The notes beneath the pieces were generated by a model, which saw only the letters and a list, made by a program, of their open reading frames with translations, had not been told where the DNA came from and did no database searches. From Eledone cirrhosa (taxonomy: Eukaryota), in NCBI GenBank assembly GCA_964016885.1, contig OZ024743.1, positions 36,518,001 through 36,582,000 on the forward strand: a stretch of DNA of 64,000 bases, written 5' to 3'. Position numbers and translations under genes: made by a program. Shown one piece after another: positions 56,501 through 64,000 of this stretch (positions are counted from its first letter, which is position 1; the number at the start of each line of letters is the position of its first letter).

Positions 56501-57014
56501 AACGGTCGAGTAACCCCTTGAGGCTGTTACACCCCCCTCTATTAGGACATGCTCCTGCATAGTCCCAACGTGCATCCAGGATGTCATTCCAATCCCCCGC
56601 TAGAAGCAGGGAACGCGACGTTCCCAGAAAAGTCTCCAAACGCTGGAAGAAGTCGGGCCGTTCAGCTCCGAAAGGGGAGTAGACGGCGACCAGTCTCAAG
56701 GCCGCACTTTCACTACTGCCAACGTCTAGCACCAACAAACGACCCTCCGGGTCCGAGTGCACAACCTGTACGGCAAGACCCAGGTGTTTTTGCAGCAGTA
56801 CGACAACCCCACCCCCACCTCCAAGTTGACAGAGAGATGCATGCACCTCAAAGTCATCGAAGGTGGGGGCCAGCTGCCGCACGACGCTGATTCGAGTCTC
56901 ACAGATAACCATTACATTTATACTACATGACCTGAGGTCATTTAGAAGCTTTGCTTGCTTCCAAGTTGAGCCCAGGCCACGTGCATTCAAACATCCTACT
57001 CTTAACACATCCAT
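53577..57014 (-). CDS. LINE ORF2: APE endonuclease + reverse transcriptase + C-terminal CCHC finger
   Basis: LNARGL, ICET, VYSP, AGDWN, TW, SYLDRF, TDH; KSPGLDG, NFRPITLLN, LDQSKAFDRV, RQGCPLS, AYADD; CPRC..EETVAHALVQC. Open for 1145 aa. Confidence 0.96.
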   Translation of the reverse strand: MDVLRVGCLNARGLGSTWKQAKLLNDLRSCSINVMVICETRISVVRQLAPTFDDFEVHASLCQLGGGGGVVVLLQKHLGLAVQVVHSDPEGRLLVLDVGSSESAALRLVAVYSPFGAERPDFFQRLETFLGTSRSLLLAGDWNDILDARWDYAGACPNRGGCNSLKGLLDRFNLVDRYRLDFPTVPTWTWRNHSGQSRSYLDRFLVRSKDRDILSCPEMRTVGYTDHKLVTCVVNLEKTHRQGPGYWKLNLSLPAKETYRNRISRLVKERLTGAIVNNRWWASPKREIRTESISYSKMLAADRNRNEKELTGKLEEAIKSEDVARVLASRTALNQYFDAKHEGCVIRSKIRALGNEGAKAVGWARVTEAKSGNRSTIRSLQDEDGRVIREPKQMCEAFQRHFARLFGGGEGPGGGVDFGPYLDGLPRLSNEEAESCEGPISADEIGDALSQCSRRKSPGLDGIPYELYLAMPVFFSELLEAVYCNWQQNGRIPCSVAKGVVTLVRKDENKGDSINNFRPITLLNTELKILAKVLAKRLALVVGGLVGDAQTCAIPSRSIHDNLHLMRYIIERVGNKPGFGGALFNLDQSKAFDRVDHGYLDAVLAAAGFGPVFRGWITALHSNHICSRIKVNGYLSKPFEITRSIRQGCPLSSLLYVLTLEPLLRKLELLQGIPLEPGLSKAVSAYADDVTVMVSTDSEIEAIGTLLEEYERLSGAKLNREKSIGLQLGTWRGRPMPPDGVVGHWTEGPVKLLGVWFGPDLQVENNWNEVSNKVFALTQKWAKCKLSLKGRAEVANIYIASVTYYRLTVVPCPKETLTTMERMLFQFLWKKRPPMVRRSICCQQPSKGGLGMPWLMMRRHALRLRHLQVFLTGQPVWAPFVKRAFPRLVSLTELQSWVKQRSGKLGDWHTECAQALRALWQAGQAIGGESTSSFYRGLVASRGDDTLGESLDMEEDELASLFGRTFGPGPMDNFQKSLAWQCYRGALPVRERLYRHGRPGRDPSKKICPRCVRHEETVAHALVQCPGVADLWGYAERLLSRVAPIKLTAESVMTIKPPPLFTKEAKAVFLCVIAMLKEVVWWTRLKGLRSGNFLSGHSLVYFFRYHFGRRIRMEREVLSHRQFYERWVIVARMARVNGPSLYTIL

Positions 57015-57047
57015 GTGGGCGGCAGAGCCAAAGGAGAGTGTAGAGAC

Positions 57048-58982
57048 CTACCTTTCCGCTTCCCGGGGTTCGGGTTGCACGACTTCCATGGGGTCGGGGG
57101 TGTTGGGTGAAGGGGTGTCTTGTGGTGGTGTGGGGTCGTCAGTGTGTGGTGGGGTTGGGGTGTTTGGAGTTGTGTTGGGGAGGGGAAGGGGAGGGGGAAA
57201 GCTTTTTAGTAGGACGCGGTTTATGGGTTTGACAGAGGGTGGTCCTACGTCCTCCTTAAAATCCTTTTTTAGTTTTTGGTAGAGGTTCATTGGGATCTTT
57301 ATTAGTTTTAAATGTGGGTAGTTTTCTGACGAAACAAAGTTTACACCTTCGGTTTGTACCGAAGGATTATTGTATATGAGTTCATTTAATTTATTATTGT
57401 TTCTGTTGATGTAAGTATAGTGTAATGTCTTTTTTTCCGATGGTGTGAGTGTTTCGAAGAGGGGAGGGGCAGGTTTGGTTTTGTTTGTTGCTGGAGGGGT
57501 GTTTTCTGTTTTGTTGGATTGTGTTGAGATTTGGGTGGGGGTTGTTTGTCCTTGTGTGTTTTGCACATGTTTTCTTTTTTTCCTTTTAATCTGTCTGAAG
57601 GACTCCGTTTCTTCCTCCGAATTCGTTGGGTTATCTTCAGTGTTGGAGGGAAGAGGTATGTTTGCTGGTAATGTTTCCGTGTTGGTTTTCTTTGTGGGGG
57701 AGATGGATGTCACTATGTTAGACTGTGTTGTGTGTTGTGTCTGCGGTGGTTGTGTTGTTTTATTGAGTGAGAGGTTGGGTGGGCCTGTATTTTGTTTTGG
57801 GGTAATGTGTTGTGACTGTTTGTGTTGTGGTGGTGTTGTGGTTTTACTGAGGGACGGGTTGGGTGGGACTGAGTTTTGTTGTTTGTTTATCTGTTGTGGT
57901 GGTGGTGGTGGAGCTGGTGTTGGTAGCAGGGTTTTCTTTTTGTTGAGTTGGGGACAAGCGGCCTTCAGGTGCCCTCTGCCTGCACAGATATGGCAGGACG
58001 GCCTTCTCCCCTCCACGCTAATGTTTATATACCCGTGGTCCTCTAATAGGATTCTGTCGGGTATTTGGGCGATGCGTTCAGGCTTCATTTGTACTACCAG
58101 CTCTATACCTGTTCCACTGAACGCATTGCCTGTGGTTTTCCCAATGGAAATCACGTTGTCATTCACTGGATCGATGAAGCCAGCTATGAGCCAGCAGTAG
58201 TCCACATCTGGCATCATTGCATCCAGCCATATGCGTTGAGTTCTTTTCCCCATATAAGATGGATAAAAGGTGAAATTTTTCGAACGAATCGGTGACAAAG
58301 CACATCTTTTTTGCCGCCGATTCGTTCTTCATGATAATTGCTAGGCTTCCATACAGTCTGTCTTTTCTTATGAAAGTGGTTTCATTAAGTACTTCTGTGA
58401 GTACTGTTTTGATATCTGCTTGAGAAGGCTGTTCAGGTTTTTTTGTACTGTTGTTGATGGTCCGAAACTTGACCGTTCGGCTTTCAATGTCTTTCGTGAA
58501 TTCTTGAGGCATTTTTACCGATAAAATACCATTCTCTCCTTCACTTGTGTATTGTTTGGCGTCCGTGATCCTTCGTACCACATCTGAAATGTTTTCCGCT
58601 ATATAAGTCAAAGATTTCTTTGTTTTCTGTGCAAATGAAATCTTGTCGTCTGCTTTGTTTTCTGATATGGTGTTATTTTCAAATGTTATTTTTGTGTTTG
58701 TTGTGTCTTTGTTTGTGTTATTAGTATTGTCATGCAATTTTTCAAATTTTTTTTTTTTCGTTGTTGGAATCCAAGTCCAGATTTGTGTTTTCGTCATTTT
58801 TTTTTTTTTTCCGCAGATTCGTCTGTTTTTATTTTAATTTTTCCTTCCTTCTCTATGACGTTAGTTGGGAAGGAAGGGAGGACTAAAGCGTGCGAGCTTA
58901 CAACTCTTACCGCTGTCCCCCCACCACTATTTTCGTTCGCTGCGTTTAACATTTCTGTTAGACGATTGAAATTTTTACACAA
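57048..58982 (-). CDS. LINE ORF1 (gag-like, CCHC zinc knuckle), split by frameshifts in A-homopolymers
   Basis: Pieces 58794..58982, 58159..58797 and 57048..58298. VEGRRPSCHICAGRGHLKAACP knuckle; Pro/Thr/Gln-rich tail with KRKKRK. Confidence 0.8.
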
Positions 58983-59185
58983 AATTTTTTAAAACAGGTT
59001 TTTCACCTCTAGGAGGGGTAAAGATGAGCTGACCCACCGCCTGACAGTTCAGACGGAGGGTCAAGCTACACAATTGTATCAAAATTAAGTTTGAACTCAC
59101 AAAATTTCCTCAATAAATTTGAACAAAACTTCTGTGCGAAGTGAATGACATCCACACTGTAGAACAGACGACAGCTAGATTTCGT

Positions 59186-59269
<84 letters not shown>

Positions 59270-59382
59270 ATAGACAGATAGACATACATACATACATACA
59301 TACATACATACATACATACATACATACATACATACATACATACATACATACATACATACATACATACATACATACATACATA

Positions 59383-59912
59383 GTGGCTGCCAACTCGTTT
59401 TCGAGTACGGCCACTACTTTATATCCATGTAAGAGAACCCCTACCGATGCGCTGAACAAGTGTGACTTTTTAGTCCAGCCAGCGACTTGAAAACTATGGT
59501 ACAAACATTACACTTGTGACAATTATTGACACATAGTGCTGGGCCCATGGTACCATGTGATGCAAAAGCACTGCACAAAGCCAGTCCCACTCTCTTAACC
59601 AAGATGATATTTAACAAAAAGAAGAACAAGTCAACATCATTGGATACTATCAGGGTTGCAGGTGTTATATCAGAGTTTTCCTTCTAGAATTCTGCCTTGA
59701 CAAAGGCTAAGGAGTCATCTCTCCCGGTGGTTTTGGATGGCCATTGACTCTTAAGAGCTCCTTTATCCTTTGACAGATTTTGTTTTTAGTCCTGCAGGAT
59801 GTCCAAAGTCACCCTCCTCACCAAGAAACCTTGATGGGGTTGCCAGTTTAGTCGTCAACGACCCGACCATGAGACAGGTTGTACTGGGATACATGTTACC
59901 AGTAGCACCAAC
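59383..59912 (-). mobile_element. Bipartite non-autonomous RTE-derived element, copy 3 (internal deletion), in (CATA)n
   Basis: Reverse complement of 2079-2670. ORF 59441..59629 shows CNVCTIVFKSLAGLKSHTCSAH. Confidence 0.8.
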
Positions 59913-59973
59913 ATACATACATACATACATACATACATACATACATACATACATACATACATACATACATACA

Positions 59974-60006
<33 letters not shown>

Positions 60007-60139
60007 GACTGGAATATGTTGCCTATGTTGAAAGAAGCACTCAAATTCTCAAGACTTATTGTAGTAACGAAGCGAAAAGTACCCACATCTTATAACATGG
60101 TCTGTCGAAAATATTCATACTGTTGTATTATAGTTACCT

Positions 60140-60372
60140 TTAACCTTTTTATATGAATTTGTTGAAAACAAACCCTGGAATGAAAGCCATTCATTTTAAA
60201 GGGTTGCTATTTCAATTAAAAAACTTTCCAACATAATTTAATATAATAATAATTTGTTAAGTTTCGTCACAAATATTATCTTGGTAATGTAATAATTAAT
60301 TAGTAATAAAATGGCTAATAATTAATAGAAATAGACCGCATTGTATTGAAAATACGTTCGTGAAAGGGTTAA
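60140..60372. mobile_element. Possible piggyBac-like MITE
   Basis: TTAA-cctttt at 60140 and aaaggg-TTAA at 60372; terminal repeats short and degenerate. Confidence 0.3.
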
Positions 60373-61580
60373 AAAGGAATATGAATGGGCACTCGAAATT
60401 ACAGGCCTAAAGTGGATCTTGCACTGTGCAAATATAGCAACATCCGGTACTTCCGGTACAGTTGGGATATCGTGGACATTTAGCTAGGGACATGTTCTGC
60501 CTGGGTGGCATTTGATTGAGAAAGTATAGTAGAGCAGTGCTTCCTGAACTGGCGAGACAAGCAGAATATATTTAGTTTCGGATATTGCCGAGACTGCATC
60601 ACATTGATCAAAGCTAAGTGCAAATAATACATCTACAGCGAATAATGATAAATTAAAATAGTTATAAGATGTTTTGAATGGCAATTGTATGTCTAATGGG
60701 GGAAAATGGTGGTGCCAAAGCGAGTGTGCAAAAAGAATTTAGATATTCCTTAGTGCCAATAAGAGTTGGAATTTTCATCGGCTTGTAGTTAGTGCCAAAA
60801 CGTCCATCTTGGCAGGCATTGTATTAAAAGGATAATAGTGAGAGAAACAGACGATACTTCGCTATGGATATGGCAGAGGCGTAAGCGAATAATGATCAGG
60901 CAAAATAGTTGTAACATGACGGAGTAGTAGTTGATGGACGAAGAGAACTTGGACATTCCTTACTGGCATCAATATATGGGACTTTAAGTAGAGTTGGATT
61001 TTCATGTGATTGTAGCTAGCGCTAAAATACCCTATCTGGTTGGCATTAGATTAAAAATGATTGTAATGCGGTGATTCTTAGACTGGTGAGAGAAGCAGAA
61101 ACATACTTAGCTATAGATATGGCAGAGGCTGTATCACAAAGTCCAAATCTCAGAGCAAATAATAAATCTGCAGCAGGGAATAAAAAAAATAGTTATAACA
61201 TATTTGGAGTAGTAGCTGCATAGATAATAGGCAGAAAAAGCATGTGCCAAGGCGGGTGGGCCAAAAGAACTCGGACATTCCTTAATGCTATTATTTATAC
61301 TTGACACAGTTTGAAGGAGTGACATTGTTGGAAGGTGCCGAAATCGCTGTGATCTCCAAGCGACTGATGACGTAAGGAGTGTTCTACAATGCAAGCGGTA
61401 CGATATGCATATATACATATAGGCATGTGTGGATGTATGTATGTGTGTGTGTGTGGTGTGAGGGTATATAATTAGCCTACCCACACTTGAATTATACTTG
61501 CTTTTCCATTTAGGCTACACTCCTAGCCTACTTATACTTATACACACACACACCCACACACACACACACGCGCACACACA

Positions 61581-61612
<32 letters not shown>

Positions 61613-61901
61613 TGCATACACACATATGTGGGTGTGTGTATGCATGTGTGTATGTATATATACTCTTACAAATTGTGTGGTATGTGTTTATGCATGTATA
61701 TATATATATATATATACAAACACACACCCACCCATATATATGTATATACGTATATACACAATATATATATACACGTATATACACAAACACGGCCTCATAC
61801 TGAATATAAACGTGTCTCAAATAATATATTCATGCAGGATTACAACTATTATATACCAAATGATCGTCGGTTACTACTGATAGTATAGGGGTATGTGTGC
61901 G

Positions 61902-61935
<34 letters not shown>

Positions 61936-61946
61936 GATATAGATAT

Positions 61947-62002
<56 letters not shown>

Positions 62003-62021
62003 ATATATATATATGCATATA

Positions 62022-62074
<53 letters not shown>

Positions 62075-62404
62075 GCATATAAACATATATATATATTATA
62101 TATATATATATATATTTCTATAGAGCCACCCTCTCATCGGCTCTTGAGAGGATAAACGCATCCAGCAACCAATACGCCAAGAGTTACACCTTAATTACCG
62201 AACACCATTGGTACTTTAAATTAGGATGCAGTAGCACAGGTGACTGGAGAATCAAGACTGCTACTACTTATGCTACACCTTCCGTGGGCCCTCATTAGTC
62301 CGGAATCTACAGACGGAACTGTATTTCATTGTGACAAACGGGCGTGACACTCCGATCTCCGCAACGAAAGTTTCCCCGTTTGTTGTCCTGAGAAATCTGA
62401 GATA

Positions 62405-62592
62405 ATTGTTTCTACTTTAGGCACAAGGCCAGCACATACCCAGTACATTACTGGTACTTTATTTTATCGACCCCGTAAGGATGAAAGGCAAAGTTAACCT
62501 CGGCGGGATTTGAACTAAGACTGTAAAGCGACGTAACTATGCTAGAAAGCATGGCGTCCAACCCTCTACCGATACTGCCAATTCACCGCCCT
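62405..62592 (-). mobile_element. tRNA-derived SINE (short-body variant) with probable TSD
   Basis: Full SINE; gagataat at 62399-62406 and 62600-62607. Confidence 0.85.
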
Positions 62593-62770
62593 GGAAAGAG
62601 AGATAATGGGAGACAACAAGTTACCTGAATAACAAATGTTATAGTGACAGCCGGTTGTGTGACATTAATGCCGTTCCCGTAATGTTTGATGTCGTTAGAC
62701 TAACAAGAATATCAGAAAGTAGGTAAGAGTATTTTTCTCTCATATCCATATGTACATTCACGCACACACA

Positions 62771-63037
<267 letters not shown>

Positions 63038-63056
63038 ATTAGTATTAAGAAAACTA

Positions 63057-63215
63057 GTATCGGTAGAGGGTCGGACGCCATACGTCCCTTTATTATCTGA
63101 GTTCAAATCCCGCCGAGGTTATCTTTGCCTTTCATCCTTACGGGGTCGATAAAATAAAGTACCAGTAATGCACTGGGTAATTGCTGGCCTTGTGCCTAAA
63201 GTAGAAACAATTATT
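63057..63215 (+). mobile_element. tRNA-derived SINE (short-body variant)
   Basis: gtatcggtagagggtcggacgcca...ctgagttcaaatcccgccgagg...gtgcctaaagtagaaacaatt. Confidence 0.85.
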
Positions 63216-63671
63216 TATAGTTATGTATACACTATATACAACTATAAACAAGAAAGGTCAGTAATTTATTATTACCTTATCACCAGTAAGAAAAATAGCT
63301 CAATGTAAATACATGAGATGTTTCACAGAGCCGGAATATAAATTACACAATAATCAAAGATACGTTCAAATCATTTTATTGCTGACAATCATTTGGAATC
63401 ATCGGAGCAGTAGCAATGTTTGTACATATAATTAACCTCCTATTCAACTGAACAATCATATAGATACATGGATATTAATGTTGTCAACAACAGTTTTGTA
63501 TTTACATATTGGAATAGATGCGACCTAGATAATAATTAAATAATAATTAAATAGTTTTGGCTTAATCAACAAAGTCTGGCTTAATGTGACTTAGGTTCCT
63601 CACGTTAGTTCTACTAAGATCAACTGATATGGTATCTTAATAATTATGAAGACAATGTTCTACATACATAA

Positions 63672-63746
<75 letters not shown>

Positions 63747-64000
63747 CACACATACATATATATATGTGTGTGTGTATGTATATATACATATATATTATAG
63801 GTAGTACGGTGAAGCACTGGTGTTGGTACATATATGTGTGTGTATATGTATATTTATATATATATATATATATATTTCGTTTCTGAATTTGTTTAGCAAG
63901 ATTCTTTATCTGAAATCGTGTGTTGAAACCGATATTGTTATACTTTGGGAGGGTCATGTTGCCAATAAGAAACACACGCACCAGTTGCTTTCACTTCAAT

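Larger units (their letters stand above)
53362..59186 (-). mobile_element. Apparently full-length Tx1/L1-clade LINE (~5.8 kb) flanked by (GATA)n on both sides
   Basis: 5'UTR ~59186-58983, then ORF1, ORF2 and 3'UTR 53576-53362. (GATA)n at 53342-53361 and 59187-59282. Confidence 0.85.

Noticed and set aside
53484-58992. ORFs antisense or out of frame to the Tx1, Dong and PLE ORFs (e.g. 57445..58200, 20779..21162)
   Set aside because: Shadows of the real retroelement frames, with no domain motifs.
60400-60660. Possible host exon (non-repetitive segment with a minus-strand acceptor-like ...cgctgtag)
   Set aside because: All frames close quickly, with no recognisable protein and no supporting neighbouring exons.

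Overview
Gene-free, AT-rich eukaryotic DNA saturated with microsatellites ((TA)n, (TATG)n, (GATA)n, (TAA)n, (GAA)n, (CA)n) and transposable elements. The tRNA-derived SINEs and the repeat landscape resemble an octopod cephalopod genome (inference). No host exon could be supported. The coding content is all retroelement: (1) an apparently full-length ~5.8 kb Tx1/L1-clade LINE (ORF1 zinc knuckle; open 1145-aa APE+RT ORF2) with (GATA)n on both sides; (2) a 5'-truncated R4/Dong element with an open 878-aa RT+REL ORF, plus several sister-family fragments stacked in (TAA)n; (3) a decayed Penelope-like element (RT + GIY-YIG); (4) decayed RTE LINEs and a three-copy bipartite non-autonomous RTE. There are also about 15 SINEs and about 5 non-autonomous Helitrons. 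The most striking feature missed by the ORF track is a dense population of short non-coding cassettes embedded in (TA)n tracts. They carry minimal type-I hammerhead ribozyme motifs from several unrelated sequence families, one with visible compensatory base changes and one with a non-canonical CAGANGA core. Most are built as fold-back palindromes, and one family retains only the GAAA/stem III/GUC half. (TA)n tracts also sit at the centre of several inverted duplications of their own flanks. All structures were read by eye; none was folded, aligned or searched computationally.
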